The notes below the pieces were generated by a model. It was not told the DNA's origin. It saw only the letters and a program-made list of their open reading frames with translations, and searched no databases. Shown here piece after piece: positions 49,685 through 62,583 of a stretch of DNA of 64,000 nt. This DNA comes from Tubulanus polymorphus (lineage: Eukaryota > Animalia > Nemertea), in assembly GCF_964204645.1 (NCBI RefSeq), contig NC_134031.1, positions 5,456,001 to 5,520,000 on the forward strand, written 5' to 3'. Positions within the stretch are counted from its first letter, which is position 1, and every line of letters begins with the position of its first letter. Made by a program: the position numbers and the translations under genes.

Positions 49685-51065
49685 CGTATGAATATTGTGA
49701 ATTTCGTTCGGTATTGCTGCTTCTGCCATCTAGTGGCATAATCCCATATCATCCACTGCCGATCGCTCGTGCTTCATGCTTTTTCCTCGAGACTTGTTCG
49801 TCATAAAAGGGTTATAATATAACAGAAGGAATGATAATTCTGGTCACGACACGGATCTCTTAACTCATTTTCCAGGGAAGCTCCAGCTATGAAAATTCGG
49901 AGTTATGCGACGATCAGGAAGGCTAGTTGCAATAGACGTACATGATTTTATTCTTCAGATTCACCGTCGAGTAACTTGGGAATACGCTGCAAGATGTATC
50001 AGGCTCCAAGAATCATTACACACTTAACTGCTTGTTTATGGATTTACCTTCTATTTATACAATAAGGGACCAACTGAGTGCATTTTCCTTTATTGAAAAA
50101 TTGTCCTGTGTTTAGCAATAACGTATCAAGATGAAATCTTGGTGCGCTGTGTACAACTTTGATGATGATATACATGGTAATCGGTTTTTCCCATGACTCA
50201 CTATATAGTACATGGCAGAGCTTTTTACACTATGTTCTATATGCATGTTCTTGATAATGACGTCATTGAACTTGGATGCTGAAGGGATTTCCCAATGATG
50301 TCATTATCAAGAAACCAGGTCAAGCACAGATTAGTAGAATGGGGAAAAATTCAGACAGTTTTTTTTTGCATTTTCTCCGCGTACTTCCAAACGGCACAGA
50401 GCTGATGGACAATACTCTCTCCATATTAATTCCAACCCCTATTTCCCTCCTCATGACAACATATCAGCCGTGTATATCCAGTGGCTACAATTTGTGCCAC
50501 CAACAGCTAACAGAAAGTTACACTCAGAACCATTCTATAAGGAGCATAGCAGTTGATCCTAAAAACTACAAAAGTTGACAGACATGTTTGAGTATACCAT
50601 TGATTATAAAATAAACTGTCATCACAGATGCGTAATTGAAAGATGTCTAATTGATTGTGTAATGAGTAATTAATTGCGATTAAAAACAATAGCAGATCTT
50701 TAAAACCATACGCGTATATCTTTTTTTACTAAATATCTTCGAAACATTTGGATCGTCGAAATAGAACGAGACAAACCTGACGCTCGTAAAGAAACACTGC
50801 TCATGTTCGATACCAACTAATGCAAGATGAAACCCTAGAATCAAAAGGGTAGAGGCAGGAGTGGATCGAGTTCAGTCTTATATATACAGAAACTCGTCAC
50901 GAGAGATTTTCCAAGAAAAATCCAGACGCATATTACACTAGCTTATTACTTAGCGTATTATGTTAGCATCTTAGCGAGCGGGTAGATAAATTTCAGAATC
51001 TAGTACTTTCCGTTCATCAGTATACAGACGATACATGCTTATAATATACGTATTAATACAGTGCG

Positions 51066-51352
51066 GCGGATCCTGAAAATTTGTGTTCTTGATTTCTATA
51101 GTGTACCTTCGAAAACTGCAGAGCTTTGAAGAATTACGCTAGCATTTCAAACTCAATCGAACCTTAAGCCCTTATAGTGCAACAATTATGACTTCGATTT
51201 TCTTGGGCAGCGGATCCTGAAAATTTGTCTACTCGATTTCAATAGTGCACATTCAAAACCGCAGAGCTACGCAAGAACAATGCTTCATTTTAAACTTGAT
51301 TGAACCTAAAGCCCTAATAAATCAACAATTATGACTTCGGTTTTCTGGGGCA
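51066..51352. repeat. ~144-bp tandem duplication
   Basis: GCGGATCCTGAAAATTTGT...AACAATTATGACTTCG x2. Confidence 0.85.
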
Positions 51353-52179
51353 GGTCGAATCCACCTACCCTCCCCTTTTAGCATCCAGCCTCTTCTGATA
51401 ACCCTTCTTGTCAGATATCCTGAATGTAGTCTTGGCAGTCTTGGCGTTGGGACAAATACAGTCTAGTAACAAGCTGGATCCACCGCTGCATTATCGGAAA
51501 TAGTCATAATTCAAACCATATAATATAATATGGTAGCAAAAAGGCGAATTTACCTGCCTTTCATTAATCATAAAAACCGTTTTTATTGTCGAACAAAATA
51601 CGTTCTGGTGGACGCAAAGCCGAAATGGGGGCATTAACACCCCTCTTAGTTCGTTGTGCCTGCACTAAAACACGGGATATTTAGAAATGGGAAATGGAGC
51701 TGATAGTAGTCTCAACCTCTCCGTATGGTGAGGTCGAGAACAAGGGAGGTCGCGAGGACTGGAGTTGAAAGACAGTACCGGTGAGGTCTCTATTGATGAT
51801 CCGTTGGTTTTATGATGAATGATGAACGTAGTCAATTATTAACAATAATACTATTTATCCAACTGCTACGATAAAAACAATAAAACACAACGATGTTAAC
51901 GATGACATATGTGTAAAAAAATTGAATGAATGAGGTTTGTAGTGAATTGGTTCGAATGTACACAACTTCTAGCGAGTTAGGGGCTAATGAATCAGCGTTA
52001 GGTAGGTTGGTACAGTACAGGTACCCAGGGGTATACCTCGGGGTACCCTCGGTGCACCTGAGGGTATACCTCGAATACGTATAGAAGCATGGACATTGAG
52101 CGTTGGGTGTAAAGTGATTGCCCATGGGGGCAGCCATACCTAGTGAGAAGTTAACAACTTACAATTACGATGAATGCTT

Positions 52180-52675
52180 CCCAGCCCAGGGTACTATGAA
52201 CACTGCAGGAGCATGGAGGTGCTGGCCAGGGTTAGATTACTGTAGATATACCAAGTGCCCGGTGAAGAAGTACCAGCCTGGGGTTCATTGAATACCGTAG
52301 GAAGTATTGCCTAGGGTACTTATATTACTGTAGATATATGGTACGGGTATCCAGTGAAGGAGCATCAGCCTAGGGTTCATGGAATACCGTAGGAGCATGG
52401 AGGTGCTGCCTAGGGTTTAGACTACTGCAGATATACAGGTACCCAATGAAGAAGGACCAGCCAAGGGTACTTACATTACTGTAGATATATGGGATGGGTA
52501 CCCAGCGAAGAAGGGCCAGCCTAGGGTACATTGAGTACTGTAAGAGCGTGGAGGTGCTGCCTAGGGTACTTATATTACTGTAGCTATATGGGATGGGTAT
52601 CCAGTGAGGGTACTTAGAATATTGCAAGAGTGTAGAGGTGTCCACCAGGGTACATTGAATGCTGTAGAAGTGTGA
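52180..52675. repeat. Degenerate complex tandem repeat (CCTAGGGTAC...TACTGTAG...)
   Basis: Alternating subunits, each starting CCYAGGGT. Confidence 0.8.
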
Positions 52676-52865
52676 GCACCGAGTGAAGAGTATTCGCCCT
52701 TGTGAACACTTCAGTATCATAACATTTCTAGTTGTTGCGTCTGATATTGTGCAACAATCCGCGAGGGCCGTTATTCCCGTTTGAACGATCACCTTTTCAC
52801 CGATTGATTGGTTATTTTTTTACCAACCGGTGTTACACGTTGTTGTAGATGCCAAGATGAGCCCT

Positions 52866-52879
52866 GTTACCATGGCGAC
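52866..52879. promoter_or_regulatory. RFX X-box-like motif GTTACCATGGCGAC
   Basis: Matches the GTYNCC-AT-GGNAAC palindrome (minus strand GTCGCCATGGTAAC) in unique CpG-rich sequence. Confidence 0.4.
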
Positions 52880-53577
52880 TAAAAGAACGTTCAATCTGAC
52901 GGGGAGGAGGGCCGCCGCCGTCGTAGTCACCGCAAACGCTTTTATCGTTTGTATATCGAGTTTTTTCTTTTTTCGAGAGTTGTTGATCTTTTCGCTGCTG
53001 CTGCTGCTGCTGTGATGGTGTTACGACAACAGTGGCTAACGGAACCGACCTCAAAACAAACAGCTAGAAATATCCACCTGTTAAACTCTTCTTCGGAGAC
53101 CGAGACTTCCGCACATATGTAACAAGTCTTTCTTTGACAACGTAATGGCCGTTATAATAATGTTTATATCATACATTGATACCTAGAATGCATTGTTCAA
53201 GGGGCTCTATTTGAGTCGATGCGCACATCATCAATATCGGCACACGAATAAAACAATTACAATTGTGAATTTTGGTGTTTATTTTGTTTTCAAATATATT
53301 TCTAGACTCATTATTCTATTTTGGAATTCAAATCCGAAATAGCTTTATTGGTCTTTGATATATAATTCATATTTTATCATCAATTGTCAACAATATCAAG
53401 CAATGCTTCATCTTTCAAGGCATCGATTAACTTTCACTTGTTAGTTTTTTAGTTGAATCCACATTCGTCATCTATTGCTTGTAGTTTATGACTTAAAACC
53501 GTAAAACATAAAACAATCAAATAATGATTGCGCCATATCATATCATTTTCAAATTCCCTAAGTTTTTATATACTCTA

Positions 53578-53992
53578 AAAGTAACAAGCCACAGGTAATG
53601 ATTCTTGGGCTTGAACTCGAATTCCGAAATTTCCATGCACTAGTGCTAATTGCATTTTGGATATGTCGTATCTTGGGCCAATAGCAAAATTTTATCAAGA
53701 CAACTCATTGAATTTCGACCGCGTCCCTCAGTTATGAGGTCATCTTCGAGGCCATGTCGCTGAAAAACAGTTTTTAGTGCCCAGTTAGCTAGGCCCATTC
53801 TTTGCACTGCACAACTAGACCCCTGTACTAACATTGCACCCAAGATTCATCAAGATGAACCCGATATTGATGAAGCTAAGTAGCTGAAAGACAGATACAA
53901 AGACAGACACACGTAGACAGACAGACAGACAGACAGTCACGCATGCAGACAGACACGAGAATAAGGATCTCACGGAAACCCGAGAACCAAAA
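53578..53992. mobile_element. Helentron-associated (DINE-1/HINE-like) element
   Basis: AACAAG start, subterminal inverted TTCTYGGGCT / CCCGAGAAC, (GACA)n microsatellite, A-rich end. Confidence 0.6.
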
Positions 53993-54538
53993 TTATACCT
54001 TCCGCAGTTGCTTCGCGCGAATGATTAACAAAAAAAAAACCAGTCGATCTATAGCGGCGAAATTAGGCACGCGCTTCTCATGCAACTTTTATCATATTCG
54101 GCAGTTCACTTTTCAGATCAATAACTGGGGCTAAATTAGCCGGCAATCTACGTCTCGATGCGAAACGAGACAATGCGTAACGTTTCGGTTAGATTTCCGA
54201 TAAAACTCTCTATATTGATGAATGCATGTTTTACCGCAGTGAGTGATGATGATGAGGAGGACGACGACATCGGTAATGGCAACAGGCAAATTCACGGGCG
54301 ACGGTAAAAGCTAAACCGACTGGAATGATATTCGTTGAATAAACGGCTACTATCGGAGCGCTTGTTCTTCGTATTTGCCCGTAGCGTTCGGTATATATTT
54401 GCATACGCGGCCGGCTCTGAAAGTATATACGCTGAATCCGATGATGATTTACCTACACGCGCGCGATTACTGATTTTCGACGGGCTCGAAAAATGGTTCG
54501 ACTGATATCATCATCATCGGTGGCATCTTCTGCCGTAT

Positions 54539-54756
54539 GAGCCACGATTTGGCATAGGCCAAAATTGGTCGGCGCCTTAACCACTCATTTGATACTAAAC
54601 GATGCTTTAACAAAGCATTTTGAGACACTTCCTGAACCAGTCGCGATTCAAACGCAATAAGTTGACCCGTGCTTGAATTTGGCTCGGGTCTAGGCCGTCA
54701 TTTTTGGTCGGGCTGAACTTGGCACGGGCCAAAACGCTTGTGCAATAGCGGCTATA
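54539..54756 (+). mobile_element. MITE family B, internally deleted
   Basis: Core and degenerate TIRs. Confidence 0.7.
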
Positions 54757-55699
54757 GTCTACTACAGATTTTTGTAGGAGGAAATATAAAAAAAATCCAC
54801 CGTCTTACAAACCGTGGTAAATACCCCTTGGATCCATAAGTAGACTGCCGTACATGGCTACGATATCATAAATAAATTATGAAATTGGATTTCAAAAATG
54901 ATTTCGTCAAATTTGAAATATCCAACAGGTGATATATGATCGCGGCGACCCTGCGTAGAGACGGATCCAGATCACAGTAAAGATAGTACGTACTACACGG
55001 ACACGGACGAGATAATATACGGTTTTTTATCTACGACGAAATCTTTTTCCCGCGCTCGCTTCTCGGGTCGGAATCAGATTACGCTATGTTTACTCCGTGT
55101 TTACTCCTTAAACATTTAAGACTGTCAGGTAACGATAGGAGGATAAATAGAGCGTATTTTGTTTTCGCCGTCCTTTTCTGCTGGTAACGTGGTCGGATGT
55201 CAGCCCCGGATCAGTCGGTACACAATGTCCGTGCAAGATGCATGAATATACGAGGAAAAAATCCAACCATAGATTCAGCCAAAGATGAAAAGTTCGATGG
55301 CTAATAGTTATTATTCATATACACTTCTTTTCAAGAACTTTTCATCCTCGGCTGAATTATTGCGGGATTTCTCCCGTACGGCCCTGGATCTGAATTCAAA
55401 TCCTTGAACAGCTACAGCTAGGGTTTGTGACAGCCTAGCCGCTATCAGGTATCCCTATCTATGCGTGGGTGGGGAGGAAGAATGCGGCGCTGATCATGTA
55501 ACCACAAATCAAGGACATCATTACAGTTTAATACCGCATATACTGAATCTCAATTCAGATTATATAATACTCTATTCCCAAAAACAAATCCTCGATTCTA
55601 ATCACCAGCAGCGTGAGGTATGTAGCGTTCTCAATGAAGATTTTTCAAGAATATCCGAATACTTCATCCACAAGTAATGCTTAAAACGCATATCGACGC

Positions 55700-55834
55700 C
55701 AGGGGCCATTCGCTGAAAAGTTGGTTAAAAGATAACCAGTGGATAAATACTTAAGTAACATTGAACTTGTCACTAGATATCTCGACTATCCACTGGTTAC
55801 TTCTAAACCAACTTTTCAGCAACTGCAGCCCCTG
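55700..55834. mobile_element. MITE family D
   Basis: Same TIRs and body. Confidence 0.8.
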
Positions 55835-55937
55835 AAATCTGTATTTCTGTAAAACATTTTAGATATTCTACCGTCATTCCGATGTACTTAATCCAAAGCC
55901 AAGTGGGATACACTCGCCAGATGGTGCAACAAAATAC

Positions 55938-56052
55938 CTGGCCCCGGCTTTAAAACTGGTATTATCTGTAACCCGGGGGGGCTAACTCAATTCATTTTCA
56001 ATCGAGTTAAACCCCAGGTTAAAGGTAATACCAGTCTATAAAACGGACCCCG
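55938..56052. mobile_element. Small fold-back MITE
   Basis: Arms ACTGGTATTA..TAACC / GGTTA..TAATACCAGT. Confidence 0.6.
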
Positions 56053-56628
56053 GGTTATTCCTTGTGAGAAAATCAGTTTATTTTCGATGAAATTTGACTC
56101 AATTTCTAGGCTTCGAAATCCGAAAAATTATCAAACAAGTCAACGGATAAATACAAGATTCACTTTCTCACTCAGTGTATGGCATAGATTTCATCGAGAA
56201 TTGATTCGAAAATCAGAAAAGTCGATTCGAATTTAATTGAAATGTAGACAGTAACCCAGGTGCCACTGCAATCCTGGCGGATTATCGCGGAATCCTTGCT
56301 TGCCTCCGCGGCCTTGTCGGTATCCCATTTTTGATGGATTTAACTCCCGATTTTCCGATTTTTCCTACATACTTCATTTTGAAGAAGATTATTCTACAAT
56401 ATCCGATATCGGAAAAAACCTTTTCGATTCCGCCGGTTGACAATACCGGTGATTGATCGCGAACTAATGATCGATCGCGAATCGATCGGCCGTCCTACCG
56501 GCGACACCGTCGAGACGCGCCGATTCCGTTAAGATTCCGCGCTCGCGTAAGAACACGAGAAAAATTCACGACCGATGATTTCCTCGACGACAACGACGCG
56601 AGAATACACAACACCGAATACGAAATAC

Positions 56629-56664
56629 CTGCATTTTGTAAGAATTTCCGGTATCCATCATCAT
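56629..56664 (-). CDS. Candidate alternative first coding exon of ECE (MMMDTGNSYKMQ)
   Basis: ATG to CAG|gtattt donor, phase 0, downstream of a CpG-rich, GA-repeat, TATA-containing region. Confidence 0.5.
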
Positions 56665-56699
56665 GCACGCGCGCGCGAACTAAAGCAGCAACATCTACG

Positions 56700-56930
56700 G
56701 CTACCGCGCCCGCTCTCTCTCTCTCTCGACGGTTATAATATATTTCACAGAGAGATGACGACGACGACGGTCTATATAGCCGGGTTTATTGATTGTATCG
56801 TTTAAACCGGTAGTTGACGAGAGCACTCTCTCCGCTCTCTCTCTCCTCGCTATCTCATCAGTAAAAGGCAGTATATATATACGTCGTCTGCCTGATGCGC
56901 AGTCAGCTGCTTCAGACGCAATTAAACTAA
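56700..56930 (-). promoter_or_regulatory. Putative distal ECE promoter
   Basis: CpG-rich, (GA)n tracts, TATATA boxes near 56773 and 56872, just upstream of the candidate first exon. Confidence 0.4.
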
Positions 56931-57503
56931 CCGAATTACGACGGTTGAACGTTTTTCAATGAATAAAACAACGAAAAAATTTGAAACTGGAAAACCGGAG
57001 AATTTTTCCAGGCAATTGGATTCCGTTGAAACAGTCTATTCGCACGTGAAGACATTTGGCCACCGCGATGAACAATGATTTTTTGACGCCGTAAAAACAG
57101 TAATGATAATGTTTAGATACGTTGATATCTAGTATGCGTTATCTATGGGGTTCTGTGTTGAGTCGATGTGCCTGGTCAATATTGGCGTTTCAAAATAACA
57201 ATGATGATCAGCGAAAGAAAATTCTGAAACTAGCGCAATTTCTTCACGAATTAGGAATAAACAAACTTACTGGGCTGAATTAACATATATTCAATCAACC
57301 CTGGCCCAGTTTCGCGAAAAGGAGGAGCTACTATATAATGATTTGAGAAAAAATAAAACGAAGCATGAAGAAATTAAGTCGATTTAATCCTTTTTGTTAG
57401 GCTTTAGACTGGCAAATAGGACGTGAACACTAAAAACCGGTTTACAGAACTTCGATGCAGAGAAAACATGCCGCGTTAGAAAATTAACAATTCTAGATAT
57501 AGA

Positions 57504-57952
57504 TACGGTCAAACCCACTTAATCCGTATCGGCTTAATCCAGATTTTGGTCTAATCCGGACATTATTTGCAGTCCATTTGTTCATTAACCCTTTCAGTGC
57601 GGTGTATGAATCGGTGATAGATTTTGCTAGTACACCGCACTGCGGTGTATTGATTTAATTAGTAATTAGTATTTATCTCTCATAAAAATGGCAGCACCTG
57701 TCAAACATAGTGAAATATTAGTAACTAACTATACACCACACCGCGGTGTAGACGCACTATATTGGTATTCCTGTTATTCAACACATTAGGGTAGAATTTC
57801 TAAAAATTTTCAAATTATCTCCAGCACTATAGGGAATTGATTTGTCAGCACTGAAAGGGTTAAAACACAAGAAAATGAGTAATCTGGATTTCCCGTAAAC
57901 CAGATGAATTTTGTTCGTCCCGAATCATCCGAATTAAGCGGGTTCTAATGTA
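57504..57952. mobile_element. Tc1/mariner-pogo-like MITE, host of a family A copy
   Basis: TA-CGGTCAAACCCACTTAATCCG ... CGAATTAAGCGGGTTCTAATG-TA. Confidence 0.65.
57585..57863 (-). mobile_element. MITE family A, nested in a Tc1/pogo-like MITE
   Basis: TIRs and TTAA. Confidence 0.92.
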
Positions 57953-58163
57953 TTTCTAACCGATGGTTTTCCGTGCTGAGATCACTTTTTTCTGGACGAC
58001 GACTAAATCTGGCATTCCGAATCAGATAACGTCGTAATCGAGTTTAAGCGCGATCTTCTATTTCCATTCTACGCGAAGGTATATTTCTAAACGGATGCTT
58101 CGAATGACGTGATAAAACTACGCAATAAATCGCGAGAGACGAATGAAATATGAGTCCCACAAT

Positions 58164-58500
58164 CACAAGTTCGAAAGAGATTTTAAAACATCAAAACTAT
58201 AAAGAATTTATTAAAACATCGAATTTTCGGTATTATCCTAAAAACCATTCAAATTCCTGTGTCAATGGTATCCTTGGTTTCTCCCCCCATAATAAAATTT
58301 TGTCCCTATACATTTCCTCTCTGGTTAATATTATCTAGTTTTCATGTGCAATAGTGTGTGTAGTTCTTACTGGTATATATACTGTGAAATGTCATAATTT
58401 TAGTCACTCTTGAGAATGGTTCTTAGGATAAAACCGCAAATTCGAGGTTTTAATCAATTCTTTATAGTTTTGATGTTTTAAAATCTCTTTCGAACTAGTG
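58164..58500. mobile_element. Penelope-like inverted terminal-repeat fragment
   Basis: ~87-bp inverted arms around a 160-bp spacer, with a hammerhead-like motif. Confidence 0.55.
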
Positions 58501-59521
58501 AATGCTTCTAATGTCGACATCGACTTTTTACTGGACAAAATATCGCATCAGTCATCGCGAATCAGATACCGGGTGAGAACGATCCGCCATTTCCCAAACG
58601 TATGATAGAACCGCATTTCGATATCAGAAATGTTCCTAATTACGCAACACTGGGGTTTACGACGCATCAAAACATCTAATCGTAACATATGCTCCACTGA
58701 CGTAGGAGACTTTTTACGAGTAATTATTCCACGAGAACTGAACCGACGTCGGCGTCGTCGCACATCGAGTTTGACATGTCAAACACGGTAAACATCGACG
58801 ACGCCGACCGCAAATACGAAAAAAAAACAAAAAACATTAACAGCGCGTTCAGTTCGTATTCACGTTTGAACAGCGGCGGTAATTTCCTAAATGGGGCTTA
58901 TCTCGTAAGATGATTAATTTCTCTCATTTATGGGTTTATCATTGACGACGACGAAAAAAGGTTTAGAAACCTTGATTAATGGCGAATGACCGCGCAACGG
59001 GAGCGTACCGGTCTAAAGCCTAACTAAAAGGTTAAGATCCGATCAGATCATCGGATCGTAAGCAGTGAAGTCCGCGATTTATTAATCGGGAACCTTTTCG
59101 ACCCGTGTTTACTAACGACCGCAACGGATTGATTGCAGACTGATCTTAAGGATAGAAAAAGTTCTATTTTCTACGACTTATTGTTAATTCGTAGCCAATC
59201 AGCGACAGGTGTTGCATCACATGACTGGCGATGATTGAGTCATATTCGACCTGAAAACTCTTAAGATCGTGAGAAAAATGAAAGTTTTGAAAATTTAGGT
59301 ACCGGTACATTTTTATGCAATTCTAGGGCATATTACTGCTTGAATCGAGTCATAGATCATTGTCGGGTGGAATTTTTCATATGTGATCTCTACAAGGGCA
59401 CTTGATTAGAAAAGGGGGGTTCAGACCCCCCGAACCCCCCTCTGGATCTGCACCTGATGTGTACTACTGATGTATAGGCCTATGGGAACACAGTCTCATA
59501 ACCTCTTTTCGGGTGAAGCGC

Positions 59522-59810
59522 TTAACCCTTTCAGTGCGTCTTCACCGCAGTGCAGTGTATAAATCAGTGATGGATTTTGCTAGTACACCGCACTACGGTG
59601 TATTGATGCAATTAGTAATTATCTCAATTGATAGATGGCAGCACCTGTCAAACATAGTGAAATATTAGTAACTAACGATACACTGCACTGCGGTGTAGAC
59701 GCACTATAGTGGTATTCCCGTAATTCAACACACTAGGGTTGAATCTTTCAAAACTTTTAGATTATCCCCAGCGCTATAGGGTATTAATTAGTCAGCAATG
59801 AAAGGGTTAA
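59522..59810 (-). mobile_element. MITE family A
   Basis: TIRs and TTAA. Confidence 0.92.
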
Positions 59811-60342
59811 AAACTACGCATAACAGTTTGCAGTCGCATTTTCCGGGCGATGATCTAAGAAACTTGAAGACTACACATTCATTTTACTTTCTGATTGCAT
59901 CGGGTGAAAATTCACTAAATTTGACTCGGGAACTGGTCCAGACCGAATCACCTCCCGTACGACTCATTTCGGTTATAACGAAACCCAGGAGTTGGACTTG
60001 TCAAACTTGATAAATGTTATGCACACTGAAACAACACCTACAAGGCTGTTCTGAGACCTAACACAGAGTTCCTACCACGACCTCGACAGGAAATGTTTCG
60101 GAAAATTATTACCGATTTTATCGTAACCATAGCGATAATATTATTAACGGCAATTTACACTCCTTCATGTGATTCGAAGCGATAATAGTAATCACCTGGA
60201 TTAGAGCAACAACAAAAAATTGGAACCCAGGATAGCCGTAACAAGGGGTCTAGGGACACCATGCCGGCTTGGCGAAATACTGGACGATCTGACAACTTCA
60301 ACATTCAATGCCATCTGATGAAAAAAAACATAACAGTAGTAA

Positions 60343-60522
60343 ATAACGAGACGAGTAGTACTATATAGGTTGACTATTTATTTGATGCGAGAGCTTTCGT
60401 TACTAATGTATAAAAGAAGAAGCTTCATCGGGTGAATGAGTGATGAAGCTTCTATTCATTAGTAGCGAAAGCTCGTGCGCCAAATAAATAGTTAACCTAT
60501 ATAGTACTACTCATCTAGTTAT
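60343..60522. mobile_element. Penelope-like inverted terminal-repeat fragment
   Basis: ~85-bp inverted arms, 12-bp spacer, GATGA...CGAAAGCTC motif. Confidence 0.6.
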
Positions 60523-61467
60523 CTATTCTAAACTCGGTTAACTCTCTTCAGAATTTTCTCACCATAACAGCAAAAAAACATGTATTTTTGATAACAGTAA
60601 TAGTTATCTATGACCTCATAGAACGTATCATGAGATACAATTTTGATTTCGATAACAAAATATGCATAGGTACCGATACGTACATAAAATGTTATTCTAT
60701 TTTTATGCCAAAGCGGACTAAAACAGGCATCGAATGCTTCGATAGATAGATAGATAGATTCATGTAGATATTTTATTGTACACAAAAAAAAATTTGCATT
60801 GACAGAATCTGTTTTCAATGTTAGTGCACGATATCATTACTTGTGTTATAAATGGCAAGTAGGGATTTATCAGCAACAGCAGCAGCGGCAGCAGCGGCGG
60901 CATCAGCCACACCGGCGATGGGCAGTTTTACATCAATTTCACACATTGAAAAAAAATTCGAATTCAAAGGTTATCCTAAGCAACTGCAATATAGATGCGG
61001 CAATCACAGCATACATGGTGGTGGCGTCACTTATGATATCAGTGATCTTTAAAAAGTGTGCCGAGTATAAAACTGCTGACGTTCCTCGTTATAGCAAAAT
61101 CAGAGTCAGGGTTTTGAGTGGAGTCCTCAAGTCCCCATAGTCCTAGTGGAATGGGAAGAGGCCAGAGCAGAACTATTGACAATATCACCATGAACCCTGA
61201 ATTGATATTGACTGACTGCCAATATATGGACTGAAATAAGACCTCAGTACAGCGAAATTCACTAGTTGACTAGTTAGGACGATCATGATATTGATGACTT
61301 ATCAAAATGACAACTTACATTTAGTAAAATGAAATGGAATACGAATTGGAACTGAAATAAAGTGACCACACTACACCACCAAAGTAAAGTAAAGTGCTTA
61401 CTTATCAGGTGATGACTTAAACAGAGTTGGGCTATCCGAGAAGAATGGGAGACCAGGATTTGGAAAC

Positions 61468-61595
61468 CTGGGGCTAGTTCCATAGTCACAGCTTAGACTT
61501 AAGATCAGTCTACAAACTTCTTGGTTATAATAGCCCATCTAACAACTTAAGAACAGTCTTAAGATTTAAGATCACTTTTGGACTTAAGTCTCGCC
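61468..61595. mobile_element. MITE family C
   Basis: Same body as 49438 and 62584. Confidence 0.7.
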
Positions 61596-61615
61596 TAAGG
61601 TTAGTCATTGGATTT

Positions 61616-61630
61616 AATAATAATAATAAC

Positions 61631-61683
<53 letters not shown>

Positions 61684-61695
61684 TAACGATAATAT
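61616..61695. repeat. (AAT)n microsatellite
   Basis: Direct reading. Confidence 0.95.
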
Positions 61696-62583
61696 TAATT
61701 TATTTTCTTATTAAGCACTTAACTAAAACCATAATCTAAGCGCTAGGGATTTAGCCCTGGATTTACAACGTGCTAGACCCAATGGACTGTCTTGGGCCAT
61801 TGCATAACTCTAACACAATTACTCGAGGTGAAATCAACATTCATAAGTAGCTGACATCAATCAAATTGAAAGTTCGGCTCGTTTAATGGCCCGATAAAGA
61901 ATATTCATTTCGAAATTGGTATAAGACGTCGAAAGAAACCACAGAGGATTCCACTGCTGTCGATGTTATCTGTGTAAAAGGGAAATTGCGATAACGAACT
62001 GCAAATAACCCGCAGCTACGTTTCGTTAAAAAAAAATCCGCCATTTATCAAATGACAACTTAAGAGAGAAGTTGACTGGAGGGAAAACGATATTCCTTGC
62101 ATGGTTAGTAAACCGTGGCCGTATCGCGAAGCAATATAATAAATTGATTGTTAGGGCGGTAGGAATCTACCACAGGGGGTTTCGCATATACCTCGCTAAA
62201 TATGGTGGTGATTACCACCAGGCTGGGCGGTGATAGGAAATCCATGGAAACTGGCTACGCTAACAATTCCGGTATATCCGAAATATTCTTTTTTCCAAAA
62301 TATCCTAAATTTTCAATCATCCCTGATATAGGCCTTACTATCCGTTATTGGCCTTACTTGGCTGCATAGAATTGGTATCAAATCTAGATTCGATACGCAC
62401 TAAAAATACTAGGGGGAGAGGGGCATACTTAAGTTTCAAAATAATTTGATTTAAAAAAATAAACATAGTATTAAAATCTTTGAGGTGTCGCAAAATTAGT
62501 CATATTGCCGATAGGCATATCTAGATATCCATCAAGAACTACGCTATAGGAAATGATTTGTAATGAAATGATTTTAGGCCCAG

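Noticed and set aside
52370-52792. 140-aa ORF
   Set aside because: Translation of a degenerate tandem repeat
60799-61140. Poly-Gln / poly-Ala ORFs
   Set aside because: Short CAG/CGG triplet run with no recognisable domain or splice support
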